This document shows positions 11,701 through 19,876 of a stretch of DNA of 64,000 nucleotides, one piece after another; position 1 is the first letter of the stretch; every line of letters starts with the position of its first letter. Below the pieces are notes generated by a model. It had not been told where the DNA came from. It ran no database searches and worked only from the letters and a program-made list of their open reading frames with translations. The position numbers were made by a program, and so were the translations under genes. The stretch covers positions 3,647 to 67,646 of the forward strand of contig DIAS01000162.1 of assembly GCA_002415855.1 (NCBI GenBank), in the 5' to 3' direction. The DNA is from Bacteroidales bacterium UBA5072 (GTDB lineage: Bacteria > Bacteroidota > Bacteroidia > Bacteroidales > UBA10428).

Positions 11701-12289
11701 GGCTGCCATCGATATTGTACAATTCAATGGCAGGGAAGTTTTGACGGATATTACGCCAAACGGCACCAACAGGACTAACTTCTGCCTGATTATCGATTGC
11801 CATGTACATATACCTTTCCCTGGTAAGGTCATCCATTCCGATATAAGTACATACTTCAGGGAGCCTGGCACACCTGTCGGCATCACCGTCTCTTCTGCCC
11901 CATGTCATGTAAAACATGGTACGGGCATTAGTATTGTACGAATTAACCTGTGAATGTAAGTTGCGTGCATACGGATATACATATACCTCAACCGTGCTTA
12001 ACGGCTCGGAAGGATACTGGCTGAATTCCTGTAAAATAACATAATCCCAGCCACCCTGTTGTATCAATCCCAGAGTAGTACTGTTTGAGGAGTGCTGCTG
12101 AAGGGTATAACCCGGAAGTGCACTAGACTGCCAGATCAGGGTTGCACCCCCGGAACTAGCCAGATTGGCAACGATCTGTGGCATGTCATTATAAAAGGTG
12201 TAACTGTTCCCGATAAACAATACCCTCCTTGTCTGACTGTTCCCAAACAGATAAAAAAAGATCAGTAACAGGGTAAGCGCTCTTTTCAA
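5786..12289 (-). CDS. giant T9SS-secreted surface protein: SGNH/GDSL-like N-terminal domain, 20 fibronectin type III repeats and a T9SS CTD
   Basis: The signal peptide is MKRALTLLLIFFYLFGNSQ. The N-terminal domain reads RRVLFIGNSYTFYNDMPQ...GGWDYVILQEFSQ. I counted 20 repeats of (L)(T/S)W.AS.DNVGV.GY.VY.NG...TV.A.DAAGN.S by eye. The C-terminus ITVFPNPVRDDYFYIDL...YYITVHIDGSVYNRKLI is a Por sorting domain. The start must be the TTG at 12289, because an in-frame TAG lies two codons upstream. Confidence 0.9.
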   Translation of the reverse strand: MKRALTLLLIFFYLFGNSQTRRVLFIGNSYTFYNDMPQIVANLASSGGATLIWQSSALPGYTLQQHSSNSTTLGLIQQGGWDYVILQEFSQYPSEPLSTVEVYVYPYARNLHSQVNSYNTNARTMFYMTWGRRDGDADRCARLPEVCTYIGMDDLTRERYMYMAIDNQAEVSPVGAVWRNIRQNFPAIELYNIDGSHPSEAGSYAAACAFYAAIFRKDPSLLTYNYTLSATDAANIRNAAKAVVYNNLATWYVGAYDVPDTQAPTAPTGLNATSVQQSSLTLNWTASTDNVGISGYTVYMNGVQVSTGRLTTASITGLSAATAYTFTVRARDGAGNLSPLSASLIVTTADTEAPTVPLALSSGNLTETGFTLSWAAATDNVGVTGYDVYRNGSLLSSVTGTSAVISGLTASTTYAMTVRARDAAGNASAQSTIFNVTTPDTHAPAVPAGLASANITQTSFTLSWTASTDNVGVIGYDVYRDGTYLETVTGTTFGISGLSAGTTYVMTVRAKDAANNVSAASTALSVKTLDPVVVDSQPPTAPTALASSGITQTSFILSWTASTDNVGVTGYLVYKNGVLEITVTSTSASITGLNVSTLYSFTVRARDAAGNLSAVSSPLSLTTPDTEAPAAPTGLSSGSLTETGFLFSWIASADNVGVTGYDVFQNGTRVASVTGTSANITGLSASTTYAMTVKAKDAAGNISIASAVFNVTTPDTQAPAAPGPLSASNITQSGFTLSWTASLDNVGVTGYDVYRNGSYESSVTGTTASITGLAASTSYAMTVRAKDAAGNTSVSSAILNVTTAEAVIVDSQAPAVPTGLTFSNVTQTGFTLGWTASTDNVGVTGYDVYQDGVLIATVAVNSADISGLTASATYAMTVSARDAAGNISGLSVPLNVTTLEVVIPDTEKPTAPTGLSSSDISETGFTLTWTASTDNIAVTGYDILLNSTHVTTVVSTTATLSDLPSATNYSVTVIAKDAAGNLSDPSTELIVRTLDEIIPDTQAPTVPAGLSSASVTETGFTLTWAASADDVGVTGYDVYRNGILLNTVTGTSMNITGLNAGATYSMTVSAKDAANNVSARSNILYVTTADFQAPTVPTGLSSAAVTETSFTFNWTASTDNAGVTGYDVYRNGTLLNTITGISFNVTGLSAGSAYSMTVRARDAAGNTSGLSSILYVTTADLHAPNVPAGLAAANITETSFSLTWTPSTDNVGVTGYDVYRNGSLLNSVTSASMTITGLNAGTAYAITIRAKDAAGNTSPVSSILNVTTLDTHAPSAPTGLTSSNLTQSSFTLNWTAASDNVGVTGYNVYRNGTLLQTVTAPSANVSGLSASVSYSMSVSAIDAAGNISSSSSVLVVTTPDTQAPAVPTGLTSSNISQSSFTLTWTASADNVGTTGYDVYQNGVFLVTVTGNTVGISGLAAYTSYAMTVRAKDAANNISSASAVLNVRTLDNQPPTTPAGLSISNLIQSGFRLNWTASTDNVGVAGYDVYQNGVQVATVTTNYVNITGLRASASYIMTVRARDAVGNTSPLSSPLPVTTPDTEAPSVPAGLSFSDLSQTGFTLTWSSSTDNVNVTGYDIYRDGVLVATVGGTAAGVTGLSAFRSYNMTVRARDAAGNVSAASAVLRVTTPDTEHPTTPTGLTYSNLTQSGFTLNWTGSTDNVGVTEYEIYEHNILARTVTGTAATLTGLAAARTYSITIRARDGAGNLSTPSDVLEVTTPDTEAPTVPSGLNYTNLTQSGFTLRWAVSTDNVGVTEYLVYQNGVQVTRVTGNSTVLVGLAAFRTYAMTVRAKDAAGNTSAVSSVLNVTTPDTEPPTVPAALTTNDITETGFTLKWKASSDNVGINGYEIYRDGSLLTICTDTVAQIDGLVAYKQYVMTVRAKDVAGNYSPVSDAIKVQTLDLQSPAAPAEVIADNVTDSTFTLSWSPASDNVGVVEYEVYCNNMPDLITSDTSIMITGLASSTQYVVFVKARDAAGNSSTASTEIQLITPDTQRPGIPEGLTAVNITYKSFKLKWNSAADNVGVTEYFVFQNDSLVATVTGTEAFFNELPYNTAYYMSVSAGDAAGNISDTCEYLEVTTGFPGNNATITVFPNPVRDDYFYIDLGREDFRKAVIELFDQSGNLLQRRIADGTNRLIVISDYELRVGVYYITVHIDGSVYNRKLIIDND
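6056..11515 (-). repeat. coding tandem array of 20 units averaging ~273 bp (FN3 repeats)
   Basis: The boundaries come from residues ~259-2078 of the 2,167-aa protein. Some units carry 3-5 extra linker codons (VVVDSQ, AVIVDSQ, EVVIPDTEK, DEIIPDTQ). Confidence 0.85.
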
Positions 12290-12608
12290 CGGCTAACTTT
12301 TATAGTTTAGGTTTTTGTGATCAGGCCCTAAAGATAAATCATGGCCTGGGATTCGTTCAAATAATATTGACGGGCAATCTAATTAATTTGATAAAAATCA
12401 TAAAACAGTCAGTGGAAAAACTTATAATTTTTTTTCAACAGGAGTCTATCCGTCAAAGATCAGTAAAGTAACCTTTTTGTTCCCTGGTGTGCGTTACCCT
12501 CCTTTTTCGCACCGTTTACTTTTGGCCAGTTTCTCTTGTAATTTCAAATTAAATGCTTCACCTTTGCATGCTTAAAAAATCCCGGGAGGCTCACTGTAGC
12601 GTATTAAG

Positions 12609-14555
12609 ATGACAAGCAACGGCAAAAGCCATGGCATTAAATTCAGTGCGGCAGGTTTACTCGTTACACTTGGAATAGTTTTTGGCGATATCGGGACATC
12701 CCCGCTGTATGTAATGAAGGCCGTAATCCGAGAGGATTTCCCAATTGAGACCGATTTTATTGTGGGCATTCTTTCCTGTGTGATCTGGACCCTCACCATA
12801 CAGACAACAATCAAGTATGTAATTATTACACTTAGAGCGGATAACAAGGGTGAAGGCGGCATCTTCTCTTTGTTTGCACTGCTGCGTAAAAGCAAGCGGT
12901 GGGTATATATCCTGGCAATCATTGGTGGCAGCACGCTGCTGGCCGATGGGATCATTACTCCCTCTATCACGGTTGTTTCATCCATTGAGGGGCTTCAGCT
13001 GATCAATCCCGCCATCAAGGTAGTGCCGATTGTAATTGCCATTTTAACTGCGCTGTTTTTGGTGCAGCAATTCGGAACCGAGTACATCGGAAAGTTCTTC
13101 GGACCAGTTATGTTTTTCTGGTTTTTAATGCTTGGGGTCCTTGGTCTGCTGGAGATCCATGAGCAGCTCTCGGTACTGAAAGCTTTCAATCCCTGGTACG
13201 CAGTGCATTTATTGTGGAAATATCCGGGAAGTATTCTCCTTTTAGGAGCTGTATTCCTTTGCACCACCGGGGCAGAAGCGCTGTATACTGATCTCGGGCA
13301 CTGCGGAATTAAAAACATCCGGATATCCTGGATCTTTGTAAAAATAACACTGATTCTGAATTATTTAGGACAGGGTGCCTGGTTGCTCAGTCATGGCAAT
13401 GCCATCAACAACCTGACCAATCCATTTTTTGCCTTTATGCCTGCGTGGTTCCTCCCGTTCGGGGTTGCCCTTGCCACGGCAGCAGCCATAATCGCCAGCC
13501 AGGCACTGATCAGCGGTTCGTATACGCTGATCAGTGAGGCCATTTCATTGAATTTCTGGCCCAAGATCAAGATCAAATACCCTACCCTGCAGAAAGGCCA
13601 GATGTACATTTCAAGCATTAACTGGTTTTTATGGTTCTCCTGCATGCTTGTGGTTTTAATATTCAGGGAATCAAACAATATGGAAGCTGCTTACGGACTT
13701 TCCATCACCATCACCATGCTGATCACCACCTTTCTCATGGTATCTTACCTGTCGATAAAACGAACTCCCCTGGTCGTCAGGGTTGCTTTTCTGGGTATTT
13801 ACCTGTTGATCGAGGGGGCTTTTCTGTATGCCAATCTCTTCAAGTTCTCGCATGGTGGCTGGTTTACCATTCTGGCTGCCGGAATTCTTGTCATTGTTAT
13901 GCTTTCGTGGTATCATGGTCGTAGAATTACCAACCGGTTTTTGCGATTCCTTCCTTTGGAACAATATATTGATACCATCAAAGATCTCCGCAATGATACC
14001 AGCATTCCGAAAACTTCCTCCAACCTGGTATACCTTACCAAAGCCAATCGTGTCACAGATGTAGAATCAAAGATCATCCTGTCAATTCTGAACAAGCAGC
14101 CCAAACGTGCCGACCATTACTGGCTGATCCATGTGGACATCATGGACGATCCCCGGACCATGGAATACAAAGTCACGCATATAATTCCTGGTATCCTGAC
14201 CAGGATTGACTTTTTCCTGGGTTTCAAGGTTGAACGGCGGATTCACAGCATGTTCAAACACATTACCAATGAAATGGCAAAAAGGGGAGATATTGATCTC
14301 TTCAGCGGCTATCCTTCACTGCGCAAGCACAATGTGATCACTGATTTCCGGTTTATTATCATCGACAGGTTGAATCTCTCCGACCTGGAATTTAAATTTC
14401 TGGAACGGGTGATCATCAACATCTACCTCTTTTTCGTCCGGCACAGTCTTTCCGATGTGAAGGCCCTCGGATTTGATGCCAGCTCCGTATACGTTGAGCA
14501 GATGGCCTTGGGTTTTGAAGGTGGCACTAACTTCAGGCTGGTCGAAAGATCCTGA
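12609..14555 (+). CDS. kup: KUP/HAK/KT family potassium uptake transporter
   Basis: The N-terminal signature is GIVFGDIGTSPLYV. There are about 12 TM segments and a cytoplasmic C-terminal domain, and 648 aa is typical of Kup. Confidence 0.93.
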   Translation: MTSNGKSHGIKFSAAGLLVTLGIVFGDIGTSPLYVMKAVIREDFPIETDFIVGILSCVIWTLTIQTTIKYVIITLRADNKGEGGIFSLFALLRKSKRWVYILAIIGGSTLLADGIITPSITVVSSIEGLQLINPAIKVVPIVIAILTALFLVQQFGTEYIGKFFGPVMFFWFLMLGVLGLLEIHEQLSVLKAFNPWYAVHLLWKYPGSILLLGAVFLCTTGAEALYTDLGHCGIKNIRISWIFVKITLILNYLGQGAWLLSHGNAINNLTNPFFAFMPAWFLPFGVALATAAAIIASQALISGSYTLISEAISLNFWPKIKIKYPTLQKGQMYISSINWFLWFSCMLVVLIFRESNNMEAAYGLSITITMLITTFLMVSYLSIKRTPLVVRVAFLGIYLLIEGAFLYANLFKFSHGGWFTILAAGILVIVMLSWYHGRRITNRFLRFLPLEQYIDTIKDLRNDTSIPKTSSNLVYLTKANRVTDVESKIILSILNKQPKRADHYWLIHVDIMDDPRTMEYKVTHIIPGILTRIDFFLGFKVERRIHSMFKHITNEMAKRGDIDLFSGYPSLRKHNVITDFRFIIIDRLNLSDLEFKFLERVIINIYLFFVRHSLSDVKALGFDASSVYVEQMALGFEGGTNFRLVERS

Positions 14556-14647
14556 TGACCAATTGTCCCGTCCTCATTTTATGTAAAAAGAAGGATTACT
14601 TGTTATTTTTGGTGTAAGTTTACTCAGGAATCTTTTATGAAATAGAA

Positions 14648-15361
14648 ATGCACATATTCTTCAGCCCCCATATCCACGACAACCAAGCCCTGCTTTCACC
14701 CGAAGAATCAGCGCATTGTATACGTGTGCTTCGTCTCAGGCGCGGAGACAAGATCCGGCTCATTGACGGCCTGGGAGGCATGTACGATGCAACAATTACC
14801 ATACCCGACGCCAAACAATGCGTTTTGAGCATTACGGGAATCGTTGCACATCATAAAGCCAGAAGTTTTTCTCTGCACATTGCCATTGCACCCACAAAAA
14901 ATATTGACCGTTTTGAATGGTTTATCGAAAAGGCAGTCGAGATTGGCGTAGATGTTATCACTCCCCTGCTCTGTCACCGTTCAGAGCGCCATGTACTAAA
15001 AACTGACAGGCTTCAGAAGATGATCATTGCCACCATGAAACAGGCCATGGTCCCTTATTTACCCGTACTTCACGAACTAACGGATTACAGCAGGTTTATT
15101 GAAAGTATTTCCGGGTCTCCTTACAACCGTTTTATTGCACACTGTGAGGAATCAGAGCGAAAAAAGCTATCGGAAGTTGTGGTCACGAGGACCCATGTTC
15201 TCCTGCTCATCGGACCGGAAGGTGATTTTACCCAGGGAGAGATCGACATGGCGCTCAGCCATGATTTCATACCCGTTTCACTGGGGACTAACCGGCTCCG
15301 TACAGAAACTGCGGGGATCATCGCCTGTCATACGGTGAACCTGCTTAATGAAATGCAATAG
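14648..15361 (+). CDS. rsmE: 16S rRNA (uracil1498-N3)-methyltransferase
   Basis: The 237-aa protein has a PUA-like N-terminus (HCIRVLRLRRGDKIRLIDG) and the SPOUT knot motif LLIGPEGDFTQGE...LGTNRLRTETA. Confidence 0.85.
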   Translation: MHIFFSPHIHDNQALLSPEESAHCIRVLRLRRGDKIRLIDGLGGMYDATITIPDAKQCVLSITGIVAHHKARSFSLHIAIAPTKNIDRFEWFIEKAVEIGVDVITPLLCHRSERHVLKTDRLQKMIIATMKQAMVPYLPVLHELTDYSRFIESISGSPYNRFIAHCEESERKKLSEVVVTRTHVLLLIGPEGDFTQGEIDMALSHDFIPVSLGTNRLRTETAGIIACHTVNLLNEMQ

Positions 15362-15564
15362 GTGCAGGGGATCTCATTTGGCCAAAAACCATCGTCCATT
15401 TATCCAAGCAAATGACCCCTTGATAAAAAAAGGACTGCATTTCTTATAAAAAAAAACAACCTTTGCCACCATCATGCAGTATAATGACTTTGCACCAAAG
15501 CGCCGAAATAATGCAGCAATGCACCAATGCTATACAAGAATAATCATCTAACTTCTGATAAATC

Positions 15565-16614
15565 ATGAAAATACTTATTGCAGGAAATTTAGGCTATATT
15601 GGCCCCAGTGTTACCAATCAACTCAGAAAGACATACCCCGATGCAGATCTGATCGGATTTGATATCGGTTATTTTGCCCATTGTTTGTCGAATGCAAGCT
15701 ATTGTCCCGAAACTAAACTGGATATGCAGGTATTCGGCGATATCCGTAAATTTCCTGCCGCAATTCTTAAAGGAGTTGACGTCATCGTTGATCTGGCCGC
15801 CATCTCCAATGACCCCATGAGCTTCAGGTTCGAAGAAATGACGCTGGACATCAATTACCGCTCGGCTGTAAAGCTGGCAAAACTGGCCAAGGACAACGGG
15901 GTGAAATCATTTGTTTATGCCTCTTCCTGCAGTATGTACGGACTGGCCGACGATTCCGAGCGCAAGGAAGGCGACAAACTGAATCCCCTTACTGCCTATG
16001 CACGTTCGAAAGTTATGGCCGAAGAAGAACTGGAACCATTGGCCGACAATAATTTTACCATTACCTGCCACCGCTTTGCAACCGCCTGCGGATGGACAAA
16101 CCGGCTTAGGCTCGATCTTGTATTAAACGATTTTGTAGCGGGCGCTCTGGTTAACAGGGAAATTTCCATCCTGAGCGACGGTTCGCCATGGCGACCCATG
16201 ATCAATACCAAGGACATGGCCCGTGCCATCGACTGGGGCGTTTCAAGGAAAGCCGCAAACGGTGGTAAGTTCCTGGCTGTCAATACCGGGAGCAACCAGT
16301 GGAACAACCGTATCCTGGCCCTTGCCGAGGCCATTGAGACTGTCATACCGGGAGTAAAAATATCGGTCAACCCCGATGCACCTCCTGATAAACGATCCTA
16401 CAGGGCCAATTTTGACCTGTTCAAAAAACTGGCACCCGGTCACCAGCCACAGGAGGACCTGATCAGTACCGTTAAAGAAATCAAGGACAACCTGGTGGCC
16501 ATGGGTTTCAACGATCCCAATTACCGTGAATCGATGTTTATCCGGTTAAAGGTTCTGGATTACCTGATGCAGAACGGACTGCTGAACAATAATCTTGAGT
16601 GGACACATAAATAA
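15565..16614 (+). CDS. NAD-dependent epimerase/dehydratase (extended SDR)
   Basis: The Rossmann N-terminus is MKILIAGNLGYIGPSV and the catalytic motifs are ASSCSMYG...YARSK (S...YxxxK). Confidence 0.8.
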   Translation: MKILIAGNLGYIGPSVTNQLRKTYPDADLIGFDIGYFAHCLSNASYCPETKLDMQVFGDIRKFPAAILKGVDVIVDLAAISNDPMSFRFEEMTLDINYRSAVKLAKLAKDNGVKSFVYASSCSMYGLADDSERKEGDKLNPLTAYARSKVMAEEELEPLADNNFTITCHRFATACGWTNRLRLDLVLNDFVAGALVNREISILSDGSPWRPMINTKDMARAIDWGVSRKAANGGKFLAVNTGSNQWNNRILALAEAIETVIPGVKISVNPDAPPDKRSYRANFDLFKKLAPGHQPQEDLISTVKEIKDNLVAMGFNDPNYRESMFIRLKVLDYLMQNGLLNNNLEWTHK

Positions 16615-16623
16615 CACCTCCCC

Positions 16624-17166
16624 ATGATATTCACTGAAACCAAGCTCAAAGGCGCTTTTACAATCGAAATTAAGAAAATAGGTGACGATCGCGGTTTTTT
16701 CGGACGGTCCTGGTGCAAAAAAGAAATGGAAGAACATGGACTGGAAGGGTCAATCGCCCAGATAAACACATCACTGAGCAAGTTTAAGGGAACACTCAGG
16801 GGACTTCATTTTCAGATTGCTCCCTATCAGGAGTGTAAAATGATCCGTTGTACCCGCGGTGCCATTTTTGATGTCATTGTCGATCTCCGTCCCGGTTCTG
16901 CAACATTTTTACAGTGGGTGGGCGAAGAACTTACTATGGATAACCACAAGGCATTATACTCTCCAAAAGGATTTGCACAGGGATTTATTACCATGACAGC
17001 GGATGCCGAAATCACTTATTTCACCACTGATTTCTACGCACCCGGCATGGACCGGGGTGTCCGATGGAACGATCCGCAGATCGGCATTCAATGGCCACTG
17101 CAACCGGCAATCATTTCGGATAAGGACCAGACATGGCCCGATTTCACATTAGACATACTTAAATAA
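16624..17166 (+). CDS. NDP-4-dehydro-6-deoxyhexose 3,5-epimerase (RmlC-like cupin)
   Basis: FTETKLKGAFTIEIKKIGDDRGFF...GTLRGLHFQ...KMIRCTRGAIFDVIVDLR is the typical RmlC/RfbC fold signature. Confidence 0.8.
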   Translation: MIFTETKLKGAFTIEIKKIGDDRGFFGRSWCKKEMEEHGLEGSIAQINTSLSKFKGTLRGLHFQIAPYQECKMIRCTRGAIFDVIVDLRPGSATFLQWVGEELTMDNHKALYSPKGFAQGFITMTADAEITYFTTDFYAPGMDRGVRWNDPQIGIQWPLQPAIISDKDQTWPDFTLDILK

Positions 17167-17174
17167 GAACACGC

Positions 17175-18344
17175 ATGTTACATACCCATTGCCCGAATTG
17201 CGGCGGTAATCAGATCGAAGGATTCTTTGAAATCAAAAACGCGCCCATTTTCAGCCTGGTGACCGTGAAATCAAAGGAAGAAGCGTTGAATGTACCCAGA
17301 AAGGACATTGAACTGGGCTTTTGTAATACCTGTGGTTTTATCTTCAACCGGCTTTTTGATACCAGCATTGATTATTTTACACTGGGTTATGAAGATCAGC
17401 AGGGTTTTTCCGCCACGTTCATGAATTACCTCAGAAAGATCTCCGAAAACCTGATCCAGAAATATGACCTGAAAGGCAAAACGCTTATGGAGATAGGCTG
17501 CGGAAAAGGTGATTTCATCAACCTGCTTACAGAACTCAGCGCAGGAAAAGGTATCGGCATAGATCCCGCATATCAGGACGGCCGACAGACCAATCCCAAC
17601 CTGACCTTTTACAAGGAATTCTACAAGCTTGATCATGGGAAACTGCCGGCTGATTTCATCTGCTGTCGTCACACACTGGAACATATTCATGGGACGAAGG
17701 CTTTCCTGCAGTTAATCAGGGATTCCTTGGGAAATGATACAAACAAGGTGATCTTCTTCGAGATCCCCCAGATTACAAGGATCCTGGAAGTTCAGGCTTT
17801 CTGGGATATCTATTACGAGCACTGTTCCTACTTCAGTGCCGGCTCACTGGCCCGCCTGTTCAGGAGTACCGGATATGAGATCCAGGATCTCCACCTCGAT
17901 TACAACGATCAATACCTGCTGATTGAGGCCATGCCTGTAAATACGCTTTCTTCAAAAGCTTTCTCCATTGAGGAGGGCATTGGGGAACAGAAGAAACGGG
18001 TGGACAATTTCAGGGTAAAAATCAGGGAACAGCTCGACGATTGGAGAATGAAACTGTCCGCATTAAAAACCAAGGGCCAAAAGACAGTGGTATGGGGAGG
18101 CGGATCGAAATCCGTAGGTTTCCTCACCAATTTTGCAGACCTGGAGTTGATCGAATATGTAGTGGATATCAATCCGCACATGGAAAACAATTTCATTCCC
18201 GGTATCGGCAAAAAATATGTACAACCAAAATTCCTGAAGGATTACAAGCCGGAAGCCGTGATTATCATGAACGGTATTTATAAGGATGAGATCACGAAAA
18301 CCCTTCACGAAATGGATGTTTTTCCCGAAATTTATGCATTGTAA
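17175..18344 (+). CDS. NDP-hexose C-methyltransferase-like SAM-dependent methyltransferase
   Basis: The N-terminal zinc ribbon is CPNCGG...CNTCGF. The SAM motif is LMEIGCGKGDF, followed by RHTLEHI. The C-terminal domain ...VVWGGGSKSVGFL... gives the architecture of TylCIII-type sugar C-methyltransferases. Confidence 0.7.
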   Translation: MLHTHCPNCGGNQIEGFFEIKNAPIFSLVTVKSKEEALNVPRKDIELGFCNTCGFIFNRLFDTSIDYFTLGYEDQQGFSATFMNYLRKISENLIQKYDLKGKTLMEIGCGKGDFINLLTELSAGKGIGIDPAYQDGRQTNPNLTFYKEFYKLDHGKLPADFICCRHTLEHIHGTKAFLQLIRDSLGNDTNKVIFFEIPQITRILEVQAFWDIYYEHCSYFSAGSLARLFRSTGYEIQDLHLDYNDQYLLIEAMPVNTLSSKAFSIEEGIGEQKKRVDNFRVKIREQLDDWRMKLSALKTKGQKTVVWGGGSKSVGFLTNFADLELIEYVVDINPHMENNFIPGIGKKYVQPKFLKDYKPEAVIIMNGIYKDEITKTLHEMDVFPEIYAL

Positions 18345-18356
18345 AATATTGAATCG

Positions 18357-19148
18357 ATGAAAGTTGTTCTTTTTTGCGGTGGTTTGGGAATGCGACTCAG
18401 GGAGTATTCCGATCAAATACCTAAACCCATGGTTCCCATCGGGTATCGTCCGATCATCTGGAACATCATGAAATATTATGCCCATTTCGGACACAAGGAC
18501 TTCATACTCTGCCTGGGGCATAAGGCCGACATGATCAAGAACTACTTTGTAAATTACGATGAAACCATTTCTAATGACTTCGTATTTACACAGGGAGGCA
18601 AGAATATTGAGCTGCTGAACACGGATATCGACGACTGGAGAATAACCTTCGTGGATACCGGCATCAACTCAAACATCGGGATGAGACTTATGGCAGTGAA
18701 GGACCATCTGAAGAATGAGGAAATGTTCCTGGCCAATTACAGTGACGGACTGACCGACCTTGCCTTGCCGGCAATGATCGACTGGTTTGCAGGGCAGATT
18801 GATAAAACGGCAGCTTTCATGGCGTATCAGCCGACACAAAGCTTTCATGTTGTGCAGCGACAGGAGGACGGTCTGGTGAAAAGCATCAACCATATCGGCA
18901 GCTCCGGTTTGTACATCAATACCGGTTATTTCATCCTTCGCCCGGATATCTTCAATTACATGGAATGGGGTGATGAGCTGGTTAATCAGCCATTTCAGCG
19001 ACTGATCAAGGAGAACCGGCTGGTGTCGTGGGAGCACAAAGGCTTCTGGGCCAGCATGGATACTTACAAAGACAAACAGACCCTGGATGAAGCCTATGCC
19101 AAAGGCAAAGCACCCTGGGAAGTATGGCGTGAAAACGGCAGACACTAA
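18357..19148 (+). CDS. rfbF: glucose-1-phosphate cytidylyltransferase
   Basis: MKVVLFCGGLGMRLREYSDQIPKPMVPIGYRPIIWNIMKYYAHFGHKDFILCLGHK is a near-textbook RfbF N-terminus. The C-terminal ...GFWASMDTYKDKQTLDE fits as well. Confidence 0.9.
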   Translation: MKVVLFCGGLGMRLREYSDQIPKPMVPIGYRPIIWNIMKYYAHFGHKDFILCLGHKADMIKNYFVNYDETISNDFVFTQGGKNIELLNTDIDDWRITFVDTGINSNIGMRLMAVKDHLKNEEMFLANYSDGLTDLALPAMIDWFAGQIDKTAAFMAYQPTQSFHVVQRQEDGLVKSINHIGSSGLYINTGYFILRPDIFNYMEWGDELVNQPFQRLIKENRLVSWEHKGFWASMDTYKDKQTLDEAYAKGKAPWEVWRENGRH

Positions 19149-19164
19149 AAAACCTTAATATTTT

Positions 19165-19806
19165 ATGCTGGGCTTTTTACTGGACAACAGGAAACCGATC
19201 AACGTGCTGTGCCTTGGGGCACACTGCGATGATATTGAGATTGGTGCCGGCGGCACGCTGTTGAAATTATTTGACAACTACCAGGTTAACGCAGTAAAAT
19301 GGGTGGTATTTGCTTCCACGGAGGTTCGTAAACGCGAAGCTACCGCAAGTGCCGAGAGGTTTCTGGGTAAAGCCGGAAAATCTGAAATTGTCATCAATTC
19401 TTACCGGGATGGTTTTCTGCCCTTTCTTGCCGCAGAAGTAAAGGACTTTTTCGAGTCGGTAAAAAAGGAATTCCAGCCCGATCTTATTTTCACGCATTAC
19501 CGTGATGACAGGCACCAGGACCACCGGCTGGTCAGTGACCTGACCTGGAACACCTGGCGGAATCACCTGATCCTCGAATATGAAATACCTAAATATGACG
19601 GTGACCTGGGAATACCCAATTTCTATGTTCCGTTAGAAGAGCAGTATATTAACAGGAGAAACACCATCATCATCGAATCTTTTGAATCGCAGCGGGAAAA
19701 GCACTGGTTTGACGATGCCACGTTCAAGGCACTCCCGCGTTTGAGAGGCATGGAATCGACCACGATGTTTGCCGAGGCATTTTATGCCCGGAAGATTATC
19801 TTTTAG
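19165..19806 (+). CDS. PIG-L/LmbE family N-acetyl-sugar deacetylase
   Basis: VLCLGAHCDDIEIGAGGT...HYRDDRHQDH matches the LmbE-type zinc-site motifs. Confidence 0.75.
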   Translation: MLGFLLDNRKPINVLCLGAHCDDIEIGAGGTLLKLFDNYQVNAVKWVVFASTEVRKREATASAERFLGKAGKSEIVINSYRDGFLPFLAAEVKDFFESVKKEFQPDLIFTHYRDDRHQDHRLVSDLTWNTWRNHLILEYEIPKYDGDLGIPNFYVPLEEQYINRRNTIIIESFESQREKHWFDDATFKALPRLRGMESTTMFAEAFYARKIIF

Positions 19807-19828
19807 TTCCTACCATACAAAATAACAA

Positions 19829-19860
19829 AAAACCGGATCTGTATAAGATCCGGTTTTTTG
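19829..19860. terminator. bidirectional intrinsic terminator between convergent genes
   Basis: The sequence is AAAAAACCGGATC-TGTATAA-GATCCGGTTTTTT. A perfect 9-bp stem (19831-19839 and 19847-19855) is flanked by an A-run and a T-run. Confidence 0.8.
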
Positions 19861-19876
19861 CTGATAAGCATTATTT

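Noticed and set aside
12290-12608. A possible riboswitch (for example a c-di-AMP class) in the 319-bp region upstream of kup.
   Set aside because: I could not recognise the conserved cores or a paired-stem architecture by eye. An Infernal/Rfam scan would be needed to decide.
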